From the NCBI GenBank assembly GCA_965205855.1, contig OZ242184.1:1056001-1120000 (forward strand): DNA of 64,000 nucleotides, read 5' to 3'. Source of the stretch: Thermodesulfobacteriota bacterium (GTDB lineage Bacteria > Desulfobacterota_D > UBA1144 > Nemesobacterales > Mycalebacteriaceae). The notes below the pieces were generated by a model. That model was not told the DNA's origin. It saw nothing but the letters and a program-made list of their open reading frames with translations, and searched no databases. Position numbers and translations under genes: made by a program. Position 1 is the stretch's first letter. Each line of letters starts with the position of its first letter. Positions 52,020-62,153 of the stretch are shown one piece after another.

Positions 52020-52931
52020 TCATGCGACATTGTCGCCCGGATTCAACTTTGCTCCCATTAGAAAATCGGCGGCAGGCATTCTTTTTTTCCCTTCAAGTTG
52101 AACCTCTTTTATTTCAACCGCTCCTATGCCTGTTGCGATAACAAAGGTTTTTGCGCAATTGAGAATCTCTCCCGGTTTTCCGTCTCCGGCTGAGATTTCC
52201 GATTTTATTATCTTGAGAATTTTTCCGCCGATGGTTGTAAACGCTCCCGGCCAGGGCAGAGCTCCGCGCGTCAGGTTTTTGATTTCCCGCGAAGACAGCG
52301 TCCAGTCTATTCTTCCGTCCTCCTTTGTCAGCGCGGGAGCGTATGTCGCCGCGGAGTGATATTGAGGTACGGGACGCGCTGTGCCGTTTTCAATCTCCGC
52401 GAGTGTTTTAACAAGAAGCCGCGCTCCCGTCTTTGCAAGGCGACGTTCCAATTCTTCGGATGTTTCATCGTCCCCTATGCGGACTTCCTTCTGAAGCAGG
52501 ATGTCTCCCGAATCAAGTTTCTCATCAACGAGCATTGTCGTAACGCCGGTTTTCTTCTCCCCCGCCATTACGGCGCGTTTTATCGGAGCCGCACCCCTGT
52601 ATAGCGGAAGCAAAGACGCGTGAACATTGATAAAACCGCGCGGGACGAGTTTAAGGATATCGGAAGGAATTATCTTTCCGTAAGCAACTACGCAAACGGC
52701 TTCGGGCTTGAGATTTTCAAACTCCGCCGCGAGTTCGCTTACATCCCCGGGCTGAAAAACGGGAATTGACAGCTCCATGGCAAGTCTCTTTACCGCCGGC
52801 GGAGTCACGCGCCCTCCTCGCCCCGAAGGTTTGTCCGGCCTGCAAACAACACCCGCGACAATATGCTTTTGCGCAAGAGCCTCAAGTGAAACCGATGCGA
52901 ATTCGGGAGTTCCCATAAAAATTATCTTCAT
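52020..52931 (-). CDS. fmt: Methionyl-tRNA formyltransferase
   Basis: FMGTPEFA and INVHASLLP.YRGAAPI motifs. Confidence 0.97.
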   Translation of the reverse strand: MKIIFMGTPEFASVSLEALAQKHIVAGVVCRPDKPSGRGGRVTPPAVKRLAMELSIPVFQPGDVSELAAEFENLKPEAVCVVAYGKIIPSDILKLVPRGFINVHASLLPLYRGAAPIKRAVMAGEKKTGVTTMLVDEKLDSGDILLQKEVRIGDDETSEELERRLAKTGARLLVKTLAEIENGTARPVPQYHSAATYAPALTKEDGRIDWTLSSREIKNLTRGALPWPGAFTTIGGKILKIIKSEISAGDGKPGEILNCAKTFVIATGIGAVEIKEVQLEGKKRMPAADFLMGAKLNPGDNVA

Positions 52932-52982
52932 ACGATTTTGCTGTCTTGTGGAAGTGGAAAGGCAGCAATGCCGGATTGTCTC

Positions 52983-54752
52983 TTAGTTTTCAATTTTCTT
53001 CAATCCAAGCTCCGCCATTTGCTCGGCGTCTATGGACGACGGCGCGCCGGTAAGAGGACAGACGCCTCTCTGTGTTTTGGGAAACGCCGTAACTTCTCTT
53101 ATTGAATTCATCGCGGAAATCATCATCACAAGTCTGTCAAGCCCCAAAGCCAGACCGCCGTGCGGAGGGGCCCCATATTCAAGTGCCCTGAGAAAAAAAC
53201 CGAACTGCTCTTCGGCTTGGTTTCCACTTACGCCCACGACTTTCAAAACCGCTTCCTGCGTATCCCTTTTGTGTATTCTTATGCTACCCCCTCCAAGTTC
53301 CACACCGTTGAGAACAATATCATAAGCCCTTGAAAGCGCGTCTTCGGGCGAGTTTTCAAAACTTCCGGCACTTTCCTCCGCCGGAGCGGTAAAGGGGTGG
53401 TGAACCGCCTTGAGACGACCGCCCGGCTCGCGCTCGAAAAGCGGAAATTTTTCCACCCACACAAATTTGTAATCATCATCCTTGAAAAGTCCTAGACGCC
53501 TCGCGACCGAAAGCCTGACCGTTGAAAGAACCGTATTGACGGTCGCGGGCTCCCCCGCCCCGAAGAACATCAACCCGTGTTTTGAGTCCGCGAGTCCGGT
53601 TTTGCGTAAAAGCGCGGCTTTTTCATCTTGGGAGAGAAACTTCGCTATGGGAGACTGCCATTCTCCGTCCGAAATTCTTATCCACGCAAGACCTCCCGCC
53701 CCCATTGAAATTGCCTCGTCCGTCATTTCATCTATGTCTTTTCTCGACAGTGCGGAAGACTCTCTCTCAAGCGCGAGCGCTTTGATAATTCCACCTTTGC
53801 CCAGCGCGGAAGAAAAAATCTTGAATTTCGAGTTTTCAAAAACACCGGACACATCACAAAGCTCAAGGCCGAATCTCATATCGGGATGATCGTTCCCGTA
53901 ACGGCTGAGGGCGTCCGAGTAATCGATTGTCTCAAATGGCAAGTCCACCCGTATTCCCGCGACGGCAAAGCATTCCTTTAAAAGCCCTTCCACAACATCC
54001 ATAATCTCCCGTTCTCTTGCAAAAGCCATCTCAATGTCTATCTGGGAAAACTCTGGCTGCCTGTCAGCCCTGAGATCTTCATCACGAAAACAACGCGCTA
54101 TTTGGTAGTAACGATCAAAACCGGAAGACATGAGAACCTGCTTGAGAATCTGCGGAGACTGGGGAAGAGCGTAAAACTGCCCGTCGGTCTGCCTACACGG
54201 AATTACAAAATCTCTCGCCCCTTCGGGTGTGGATTTTGTGAGAAGCGGGGTTTCTATCTCGACAAAACGCAACGACTCCAGATAAGAGCGCGCCGCAGAA
54301 ACAACCCGGTGACGAAGTAAAATAACATCCCGCACCGACGGTCTACGAAGGTCAAGAAATCTATATTTCATCCTCACCGGCTCATCGGCGTTGATTATGT
54401 TTTCAACCGGAAACGGAAGTTCGGGACATGTGTTGAGAACCTCCGCTTCCGAAGCTATTACCTCTACTTCACCGGTCGGCATGGAATGGTTGACCATGGC
54501 TACTTCTCTTTTTACAACCTTTCCGCGAACGGCGACAACCCATTCGCTTCTGAAGTTTTCCGCGGTTGAGTGAGCGGCGCCTCTTCGCGGGTCGAAAACC
54601 ACTTGAACAACGCCTTCGTGGTCGCGTATGTCAATGAAAATCACCCCTCCATGGTCGCGGCTTGACTGAACCCAACCCATGAGCGTAACTTCGCTCCCCT
54701 CATCCGATGCACGCAAAGCGCCGCAACTGTCTGTTCTTGTCCATTCTTCCAT
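52983..54752 (-). CDS. aspS: Aspartate--tRNA ligase
   Basis: TPEGARDF, LPQSPQ, FRDEDLRADRQPEF and PPHGG..GLDR motifs. Confidence 0.98.
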   Translation of the reverse strand: MEEWTRTDSCGALRASDEGSEVTLMGWVQSSRDHGGVIFIDIRDHEGVVQVVFDPRRGAAHSTAENFRSEWVVAVRGKVVKREVAMVNHSMPTGEVEVIASEAEVLNTCPELPFPVENIINADEPVRMKYRFLDLRRPSVRDVILLRHRVVSAARSYLESLRFVEIETPLLTKSTPEGARDFVIPCRQTDGQFYALPQSPQILKQVLMSSGFDRYYQIARCFRDEDLRADRQPEFSQIDIEMAFAREREIMDVVEGLLKECFAVAGIRVDLPFETIDYSDALSRYGNDHPDMRFGLELCDVSGVFENSKFKIFSSALGKGGIIKALALERESSALSRKDIDEMTDEAISMGAGGLAWIRISDGEWQSPIAKFLSQDEKAALLRKTGLADSKHGLMFFGAGEPATVNTVLSTVRLSVARRLGLFKDDDYKFVWVEKFPLFEREPGGRLKAVHHPFTAPAEESAGSFENSPEDALSRAYDIVLNGVELGGGSIRIHKRDTQEAVLKVVGVSGNQAEEQFGFFLRALEYGAPPHGGLALGLDRLVMMISAMNSIREVTAFPKTQRGVCPLTGAPSSIDAEQMAELGLKKIEN

Positions 54753-54767
54753 TGTATGGTTTCCTTT

Positions 54768-55445
54768 TCAGGGCTTGCTGCTTTTCCTCTCCAAACCGGA
54801 GATTCCCAGTCTTTTTTCAAGTTCCCTGTCTATGTCCGCCAGAGAGACCCCCTGCTCGGCAAGCATTACAATGCAGTGAAACCAAAGATCTGCAGTTTCG
54901 GATACCAACTCTTGCGTATTCAGGTTTTTTGCCGCGATAACGGTCTCTCCGGCTTCTTCAGTTATTTTCCTCGCTATCCTGTCTATTCCGCCCTTGAAAA
55001 GAGCGCTCGTATAGGAACCCTCTTTCGGATTCTTCTTCCTATCCGTCAAGGTTTGAAAAACCTTTTCAAGCGTTGCCATTGCACCTTTTTCAAAAGATGG
55101 AGCAGAGGTTTGCGCACCGTCTGCGCCCTTGTGAAAGCAGGTTTCTTTTCCCGTGTGACATGGTGGCCCCTGAGGCTCCACAAGCACCAAAACACAGTCG
55201 CGGTCGCAGTCCACAAGTATTTCCCTTACTTTCTGAAAATTGCCCGATTCCTCCCCCTTTTTCCATAATTTTCCACGAGAACGGCTCCAGAAATGGGTTC
55301 TTTCGGTCTGCCGGGTTTTTTCCAACGCTTCCTTGTTTGCCCATGCCATCATCAGCACTTTACCGTTTTTATGGTCCTGCACTATGACAGGAACAAGTCC
55401 GTCAGCTCCAAATTTGATGGGTTTAGTATCCATAGTTATTTCCAA
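54768..55445 (-). CDS. hisIE: Bifunctional PR-AMP cyclohydrolase / PR-ATP pyrophosphatase
   Basis: SRSR..LW.KGEESG, DCDRD, CHTG...CF, KITEEAGE and E.ADL.FH motifs. Confidence 0.96.
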   Translation of the reverse strand: MEITMDTKPIKFGADGLVPVIVQDHKNGKVLMMAWANKEALEKTRQTERTHFWSRSRGKLWKKGEESGNFQKVREILVDCDRDCVLVLVEPQGPPCHTGKETCFHKGADGAQTSAPSFEKGAMATLEKVFQTLTDRKKNPKEGSYTSALFKGGIDRIARKITEEAGETVIAAKNLNTQELVSETADLWFHCIVMLAEQGVSLADIDRELEKRLGISGLERKSSKP

Positions 55446-55515
55446 TCGCCGTAATTGTGTTATATTACACGCATATGCGGTTTATTAACAGCGGCAAGTA
55501 ACGGGAGTGAAACAG

Positions 55516-55830
55516 ATGGCAAGAGTTACAATAGAAGACTGTATGGAAGTTGTGGGAAACAGATTTGCCCTTTCCGTAGTGGCAATGAAAAGAGCAAAAA
55601 GCATAGTAGCAAAAAAGATCGACCTTCTTGAGAGAGAAAAAAAACTTGCCGAAGCGATGGTAAGCCTGGACGCAGCGGCGGAAAAAGGTGAAATTCCGGT
55701 CGCCGAAGTTGTTGAAAGCAATATGGACAAAAGTTCACGGGTTCAAGAAGAGAACAAACCCGTTATCAGAGCGCTGAAGGAAATAGCCGATAAAAAACTG
55801 AGGTTTTCCTATTCACCCAACCGGCGGTAA
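55516..55830 (+). CDS. rpoZ: RNA polymerase omega subunit
   Basis: MARVTIEDC....NRF.L..VA.KRA ... KP...AL.EIA. Confidence 0.9.
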   Translation: MARVTIEDCMEVVGNRFALSVVAMKRAKSIVAKKIDLLEREKKLAEAMVSLDAAAEKGEIPVAEVVESNMDKSSRVQEENKPVIRALKEIADKKLRFSYSPNRR

Positions 55831-55877
55831 ATAAAACATTCCGTCTTCCTGATTCGGGCGACTTTAACTCTGCAAGT

Positions 55878-57836
55878 ATGGACGCCACCGTCACAATAGG
55901 GGTTGATATTGGCGGCACCTTTACCGACTTGGTTCTGTTTGACCGCGGAACGGTGCGGATTCACAAAGTCTCCTCTACTCCTCAAAACCCGGCGCTCGCC
56001 GTAGTTGAGGGTGTATCGCACTTTACAAAAAATCTTTCCGCGAACCTTGAAATTATTCACGGAACGACAGTCGCAACAAACACGCTTATCGAAAGAAAAG
56101 GCGCAAAAATCGCCCTTATAACAACAAAGGGATTTGAAGACATTATTGAGATTGGAAGGCAGAACCGCGGGAAACTCTACAACCTTTTCTGGAAAAAAAA
56201 CGAAGGGCTTGTTCCGCGCCCGATGAGAATAGGCGTTGAGGAAAGAACTAATTGCGCCGGCTTCCCTTTTCTCTCTCCGTCCGACACGGAAATGGAGAAA
56301 GTGGCAAACGCCGTTAAAGCTCTCGGCGCGGAAGCGGTAGCGGTCTGTTTTCTGCACTCATATGCAAACCCCGCTCATGAAGCGGCGGTCGGCCGAAGTA
56401 TAGACAAACTCGGTATCCCGGTGTCTCTTTCATCGGTTGTATCTCCCGAATTCAGGGAATATGAAAGGTCATCCACAACGGTGGCAAACGCCTATCTTAT
56501 TCCCGTAATATCAGACTATATGAAGTCCCTTTCGTCCTCTCTCGGCGGCGTGAAGGTTTCCGTAATTCAGTCAAGCGGAGGCGTGACAGAACCGGACAAA
56601 GTCGCGCGTGAGCCGGTAAGGATTACGACCTCCGGCCCCGCGGCCGGCGTGTCCGGCGCTTTCAAAATAGCGGAATGCATGGGCGAGACAAAGATAATAA
56701 CTTGCGACATGGGAGGAACTTCAACGGATGTTTCGCTTTGTAACGGTGTCCCCATGTTCTCATCCCAAAGCAATGTCGGAGGGGTTCCGCTCAGAGTGCC
56801 ATGCATAGATATATCCACAATCGGAGCGGGCGGAGGGTCAATAGCGCGGACAGATGCAGGAGGCATTCTGAAAACCGGACCGGAAAGCGCCGGAGCAGAC
56901 CCCGGCCCCGCATGTTACGGAAAAGGAAAACTTCCCACCGTTACGGATGCAAACCTTGTTCTCGGCAGGATGGAACCGGAACATTTTCTCGGTGGAAGAA
57001 AAAAAATTTTTCCTCAAAGGGCTTTTGAGGCGATACAAACTCTTGAGATGGACAACGCAACACCTTTGCAAAAGGCGGAATCGGTTGTCAGGGTTGTCAA
57101 TTCATCAATGGAGAGGCTGATAAGGGTTATGGCCGCAGACAGAGGAGTTGACCCCAGAGAGTTTTCCCTTTTCGGTTTCGGCGGAGCGGCGGGCCTTCAT
57201 TGCTGTGAAATCGCTTTGGGAACCGGAATGAAAAGGGTAATTTTTCCATGCCATCCCGCCGCTCTCTCGGCGCTCGGAATGCTTCTTTCCGACCTGTTCA
57301 AGGATTACGTAAAAAGCTGCTTCTCGGTTGTGCCTGAGCAAACACATCTCGTATCGGCCTCTTTGAGCGAACTTGAAAAAGCTGCGCGCGCAGAACACAA
57401 AGGCGCGGGCGATTTTGAGACCGAAAGGTTTGTTGACTTAAGATATGCCGGTCAATCGCATGAAATAACGGTTCCCTTTTCCTCCGATATCACTTCGGAT
57501 TTTCATCTCCTGCATTGTAAAAGATTCGGATACGCAATGAATAACAAAACGGTCGAAACCACAGCGGCGCGAATACGCTTCATGGTCGGCAAAAGCGGCT
57601 TTAAACTGCCGGAAATAGAATCTCACACTGGCGAAAACAAGGAGACGGGTGAAAAAGATATTTGGATTAATGGCTCATTCAGGCGTTTCGGGATTTACAG
57701 ACGCCCCGACCTCGGTGCGGGTTTCCGGTTTGAAGGTCCCGCTCTGGTTCTGGAAGACAGCTCGGTTTTAATGATAACTCCGGAGTTCCAATGCGAGGTC
57801 GACCGATGGGGAAACATAGTCGGGAGTTTAAGGTGA
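55878..57836 (+). CDS. Hydantoinase/5-oxoprolinase subunit A
   Basis: GVDIGGTFTD, HGTTVATN, SGPAAG, DMGGTSTD and GPESAGADPGPACY motifs. Confidence 0.95.
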   Translation: MDATVTIGVDIGGTFTDLVLFDRGTVRIHKVSSTPQNPALAVVEGVSHFTKNLSANLEIIHGTTVATNTLIERKGAKIALITTKGFEDIIEIGRQNRGKLYNLFWKKNEGLVPRPMRIGVEERTNCAGFPFLSPSDTEMEKVANAVKALGAEAVAVCFLHSYANPAHEAAVGRSIDKLGIPVSLSSVVSPEFREYERSSTTVANAYLIPVISDYMKSLSSSLGGVKVSVIQSSGGVTEPDKVAREPVRITTSGPAAGVSGAFKIAECMGETKIITCDMGGTSTDVSLCNGVPMFSSQSNVGGVPLRVPCIDISTIGAGGGSIARTDAGGILKTGPESAGADPGPACYGKGKLPTVTDANLVLGRMEPEHFLGGRKKIFPQRAFEAIQTLEMDNATPLQKAESVVRVVNSSMERLIRVMAADRGVDPREFSLFGFGGAAGLHCCEIALGTGMKRVIFPCHPAALSALGMLLSDLFKDYVKSCFSVVPEQTHLVSASLSELEKAARAEHKGAGDFETERFVDLRYAGQSHEITVPFSSDITSDFHLLHCKRFGYAMNNKTVETTAARIRFMVGKSGFKLPEIESHTGENKETGEKDIWINGSFRRFGIYRRPDLGAGFRFEGPALVLEDSSVLMITPEFQCEVDRWGNIVGSLR

Positions 57837-58417
57837 AAAAATTCGACGAAGTTTTTATAAAATCTCTTGAGGAAAGCATCGCACAACACCGACTCCGCAC
57901 GCTAGAAATACCTAAAAACGGTGTGCGGGCGGCAGTCGCGGCAATTCTCAAGCCCGGCGCAAGAGGAGCGGAGATATGCCTTATCAAAAGATCTTGCCAT
58001 CCGCTTGACAGATTTTCCGGGCATATGGCTTTGCCCGGAGGAATTGAAGAAGAAAAAGACACTGATATGTTTGCGACCGCCGTCAGGGAAACCCTTGAGG
58101 AAATAGGGTTGAACCTTAAAACGCGCGGAAGGGTTGCCGGAAGAATTGACGATGAAATACCCGCCGCTTCCGCAAAAAAATCCGAAAGGTCCTATCTCGT
58201 AACACCTTTTGTCTGTACCGTCGCCTCGCCCGCACCCGTGCGCATTCACAATGAGGTTGAACGGGTTTTTTGGATGCCAGTTTGTGATTTAAAACGCGGC
58301 GCGGCAGAAAAATCCCCGGAATTTTTCTGCCATGATCAGAGAATATGGGGAATGACGGCAAGGATTATTGACAATCTTCTGAAGGTTATTACTCCGCAAC
58401 ATGCCGAAAAGGTTTGA
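57833..58417 (+). CDS. Nudix hydrolase, CoA pyrophosphatase-like
   Basis: SGHMALPGG plus Nudix box (RETLEEIGL) and IWGMTA; the GTG start overlaps the upstream stop. Confidence 0.88.
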   Translation: MKKFDEVFIKSLEESIAQHRLRTLEIPKNGVRAAVAAILKPGARGAEICLIKRSCHPLDRFSGHMALPGGIEEEKDTDMFATAVRETLEEIGLNLKTRGRVAGRIDDEIPAASAKKSERSYLVTPFVCTVASPAPVRIHNEVERVFWMPVCDLKRGAAEKSPEFFCHDQRIWGMTARIIDNLLKVITPQHAEKV

Positions 58418-58487
58418 ACAGACACCGTTATGTATATAAAATAAAAAAACAGATGCGGCCTTTTGGAGTCGCCATTGCGGAGGCAAT

Positions 58488-58913
58488 ATGAGAGGAGTCA
58501 ATAAGGCAACAATAATAGGAAATCTCGGCAGCGATCCGGAAATGAAGTTCACAGCTTCGGGTCAGGCGGTCGCAAACTTTTCAGTCGCCACAAATGAATC
58601 GTGGACGGGAAAAGACGGGCAGAAAAACGAACGAACCGAATGGCACAGAATTGTCGCATGGGGAAAGCTCGCGGAAATCTGCGGACAGTACCTTTCAAAA
58701 GGCAGTCCGGTATATATTGAGGGCTCCATACGAACACGGTCATGGGAAGACAAGGAAGGAAACACAAAATACACAACAGAGATACACGCAAGAGAGATTG
58801 AGTTTCTCAGCGGTTCCCGTGAAACCTCCGGCGGAGAAGACCAGTCCCGTAATGAAGGCGGACAGCCCATCGAAGTACCGGAAAACAACATGGACGATGA
58901 CATTCCGTTTTAG
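58488..58913 (+). CDS. ssb: Single-stranded DNA-binding protein
   Basis: VNKA..IGNLG.DPE and TEWHR motifs; C-terminal DDIPF. Confidence 0.98.
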   Translation: MRGVNKATIIGNLGSDPEMKFTASGQAVANFSVATNESWTGKDGQKNERTEWHRIVAWGKLAEICGQYLSKGSPVYIEGSIRTRSWEDKEGNTKYTTEIHAREIEFLSGSRETSGGEDQSRNEGGQPIEVPENNMDDDIPF

Positions 58914-60316
58914 TGGATTGGATTTTGCCTTTGTATGCCGTAATTCTTTGCGCGGGAAAAAGCTCCAGAATGGGAGGAAAGCGTCAGAAAGCGATGCTTC
59001 CGATTTTGGGAACGCCTATTGTCAGATATGCGACAACTGCGGCCGCGGCGGCAAATCCCTCCAAAACCGTTGTCGTAGTCGGCTTTGACTCCGACTCCGT
59101 AATCCATTGCCTTTCCTCTGAAGACATACCCGGACAATTTGAATTTGTGCGCCAGAATCGCCAGTCCGGCACGGGACACGCTCTTTCGGAAGCTTTTCGC
59201 TCAATCGCCGCGACCCGTGGCGATGTGCTTGTTGTGAACGGAGATATGCCCGCCGTTACAGCGTCTTTAATTAAAAGACTCGTTTCAAACCACAAAAAAA
59301 ACGGAGCAACCGTCTCATTTGCGACCGCCTTGGCTGATAACGCGCACGGATACGGACGCGTGGTTCGCAAGCCGAACGGGGAGGTTGAGAGAATAGTGGA
59401 GCATGCGGATGCGGATTCCCATCAAAAGCGCATACGCGAGGTTAACGCCGGAATATACTGCTTCAAAAACTCTTTTTTGGGCAAAGCACTCACCGGTTTA
59501 AGGAAAAAAAACGCCAAGGGGGAATACTACATAACAAACCTTATTGAAATCGCGGTGCGCAAAGGGGAGAAAATTCTCGCCGTCAAGTCCGCGGACTTTG
59601 GCGAGATTGCCGGAGTAAACACTCCGGCGGAGCTTTCACAGGCGCAGGCGTATATGAAGGAGAAAGCAATCGCACGCCTGATGCGTCTCGGGGTTGTGAT
59701 TTCGGACCCCGCTACAACTTACATTTGCCCGGAAACTAAAATAGGTGCGGGAACAGTCATTCACCCGTGTTGCTTCATCAACCGCAGCCGCATAGGGGCA
59801 AACTGCTCCATAGGTCCCGGAGTTCATATAAAGGACACTTCAATAGCTGCCGGATGCAAGGTGGAATTTTCCTCGATGCTTGAAGGGTGCGTTATGCGCG
59901 TCGGTTCAACGGCGGGACCGTTTGCAAGAGTGCGGCCGCAAACCGTGCTCATGGACGGCTCGCGAGCCGGGACTTTTGTTGAAATAAAAAAATCCACGGT
60001 TGGCAAAAATTCAAAAGTTCCCCACCTCTCCTACCTCGGAGACTCAAAAATCGGCACAGATGTCAACATAGGAGCGGGAACTATCACATGCAACTACGAC
60101 GGAGAGAAAAAACACCCGACAACCATAGAGGACGGGGTTTTTATTGGCAGTGACACAATGCTTGTGGCTCCGGTAAAAGTTGGGAAAAACGCCACGACGG
60201 CCGCCGGGTCCGTCATAACAAAAGATGTTTCTCCGGGCACGCTGGCAATTGGCAGAAACAAACAGAAGGAAATTGCCGGGTGGCGCCGCATAAAAAAAAC
60301 TGCGGGGAAAAACTGA
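58913..60316 (+). CDS. glmU: Bifunctional UDP-GlcNAc pyrophosphorylase / acetyltransferase
   Basis: ILCAG...RM, GTGHA, YGRV, HLSYLGD and TCNYDG motifs; hexapeptide repeats. Confidence 0.96.
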   Translation: MDWILPLYAVILCAGKSSRMGGKRQKAMLPILGTPIVRYATTAAAAANPSKTVVVVGFDSDSVIHCLSSEDIPGQFEFVRQNRQSGTGHALSEAFRSIAATRGDVLVVNGDMPAVTASLIKRLVSNHKKNGATVSFATALADNAHGYGRVVRKPNGEVERIVEHADADSHQKRIREVNAGIYCFKNSFLGKALTGLRKKNAKGEYYITNLIEIAVRKGEKILAVKSADFGEIAGVNTPAELSQAQAYMKEKAIARLMRLGVVISDPATTYICPETKIGAGTVIHPCCFINRSRIGANCSIGPGVHIKDTSIAAGCKVEFSSMLEGCVMRVGSTAGPFARVRPQTVLMDGSRAGTFVEIKKSTVGKNSKVPHLSYLGDSKIGTDVNIGAGTITCNYDGEKKHPTTIEDGVFIGSDTMLVAPVKVGKNATTAAGSVITKDVSPGTLAIGRNKQKEIAGWRRIKKTAGKN

Positions 60317-62145
60317 TGTGCGGAATAGTCGGTTATGTGGGATCTCCCGAACGAACCTGCGGTATTGTGTGCGACGGACTTGAAAAACTTGACAGCCGAG
60401 GTTACGACTCCGCGGGAATCTGCATTGTTGGAGAAAACGGCGCTTCTGTTTTTAAAAGTCCCGGAAAGATAAGCCGGCTTATGGAAAAAATCGGTTTGCC
60501 GGTCCCGGTCGGCAGAGTGGGAATAGGGCACACCCGCTGGGCAACCCAAGGCTCCCCGGAAAGTTGCGCAAACGCGCATCCCCACACCGCCGGAAATATC
60601 AGTGTCGTTCACAACGGTGTTGTCGAAAACTGGAAAAGTTTGCGAAAACGTCTTGAAGCGAAAGGAAAACTGTTCCACTCCGAGACCGACACGGAAGTTA
60701 TAGCCCACCTCATTGACGAATTTCACGGCTTCGGAGATACATTGCTTGACGCGGTGAGAAAAACTTTCGCGGAAATTAACGGTTGTTCGGCAATCGCAGC
60801 AACCTCGGAAAAAGAACCGGACACAATTGTTGTGGCGAAAAGGTTTTCACCCATTGTTCTCGCGGACAACGGAGACGAAAAATTTGTCTCTTCCGATGTG
60901 TTGGCGCTCGCAAGCCGGTGCCGTGAGTTTATAACTCTCAGAGACGGAGATTTTGCCGTCCTGAAACCGTCCGGCATCACAATAACGGATGCCGAAGGCA
61001 AAACCGTAAAACGCCCCTCGCGAACCGCCGAAAATGACGCCTACACACTTACGGACAAAAGCGGTTTTTCACACTATATGATAAAAGAGATATATGACCA
61101 GCCTCACGCCGTTGCGGACACGCTGAGAGGCAGAACAAGCGGCGGAGAAGTCTTTGACGGATTGAATACCGACTTTGCAAAATCGGTTGAAAGAATAGTT
61201 TTTGTGGGGTGCGGCACTTCGCATTACGCTTCCATTGCGGGGCGCTATTTGATTGAATCACTGTCTCAAGTCCCGACCGAGACGGAAGTCGCCTCGGAGT
61301 TTTGTTATAGAAAGTTGGGACTCGGACCCAGGACCCTTGTTGTCGCGGTATCGCAATCTGGAGAGACCGCAGACACATCGCGCGCTATTGCCAAGGCGAA
61401 AAAGCAAGGGGCAAAAACCGTTCTCGTAACCAACAATCCGTTCGGGAAAATGGTTGACGAGGCGGACAATGTTATTTTGACAAAAGCTGGAAGGGAAATG
61501 TCGGTCGCTTCAACAAAAACCTTCACCACACAGATTGCGGCTTTCTGCTCGCTCGCCCTGTTTCTGGGCACGGCGCGCGGCGCCCTTGGAGATGATGACA
61601 CCCTGAAAACGGCAAGAGAGCTTCGCTCCATTCCCGAACTTCAGGCGAAATGTCTCACGCTTGACAATGAGATTTCCGAAATTGCCGCGGAATTCAACGG
61701 ATATGCAAACTTTCTCTTTCTGGGACGCGGTCTTGGCTATCCGGTGGCTCTCGAAGGAGCGTTGAAGTTGAAGGAAATCTCCTATATGCACGCCGAAGCC
61801 GTGGCGGCGGGGGAGATCAAACACGGACCCATAGCGCTGATTGATGAAAATATGCCATCGGTTTTTGTGTTTCCGTCCCGCGAAGAGGTGTCTTTTGAAA
61901 AACAGATTTCCAACATGGCGGAAGTAAAAGCGCGACGTGGTAGGGTTATTGCGGTAATATCTCCGGGAGATGTTCCCCATCTGGACGAAAAAGACAGAAT
62001 AATACGGGTTCCGGAGTGCGGAGTTATGGCAAACCCGTTTGTTTCAGTGATAGCGCTCCAGTTGTTTGCCTACCATGTCGCACGCTCTCTGGGCAAGGAT
62101 GTTGACCAGCCGAGAAATCTTGCAAAGGTGGTAACAGTAGAATAA
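60316..62145 (+). CDS. glmS: Glutamine--fructose-6-phosphate aminotransferase
   Basis: MCGIVG, RGYDSAG, HTRWAT, SQSGETADT and PRNLAK motifs. Confidence 0.97.
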   Translation: MCGIVGYVGSPERTCGIVCDGLEKLDSRGYDSAGICIVGENGASVFKSPGKISRLMEKIGLPVPVGRVGIGHTRWATQGSPESCANAHPHTAGNISVVHNGVVENWKSLRKRLEAKGKLFHSETDTEVIAHLIDEFHGFGDTLLDAVRKTFAEINGCSAIAATSEKEPDTIVVAKRFSPIVLADNGDEKFVSSDVLALASRCREFITLRDGDFAVLKPSGITITDAEGKTVKRPSRTAENDAYTLTDKSGFSHYMIKEIYDQPHAVADTLRGRTSGGEVFDGLNTDFAKSVERIVFVGCGTSHYASIAGRYLIESLSQVPTETEVASEFCYRKLGLGPRTLVVAVSQSGETADTSRAIAKAKKQGAKTVLVTNNPFGKMVDEADNVILTKAGREMSVASTKTFTTQIAAFCSLALFLGTARGALGDDDTLKTARELRSIPELQAKCLTLDNEISEIAAEFNGYANFLFLGRGLGYPVALEGALKLKEISYMHAEAVAAGEIKHGPIALIDENMPSVFVFPSREEVSFEKQISNMAEVKARRGRVIAVISPGDVPHLDEKDRIIRVPECGVMANPFVSVIALQLFAYHVARSLGKDVDQPRNLAKVVTVE

Positions 62146-62153
62146 AAAAGTTT

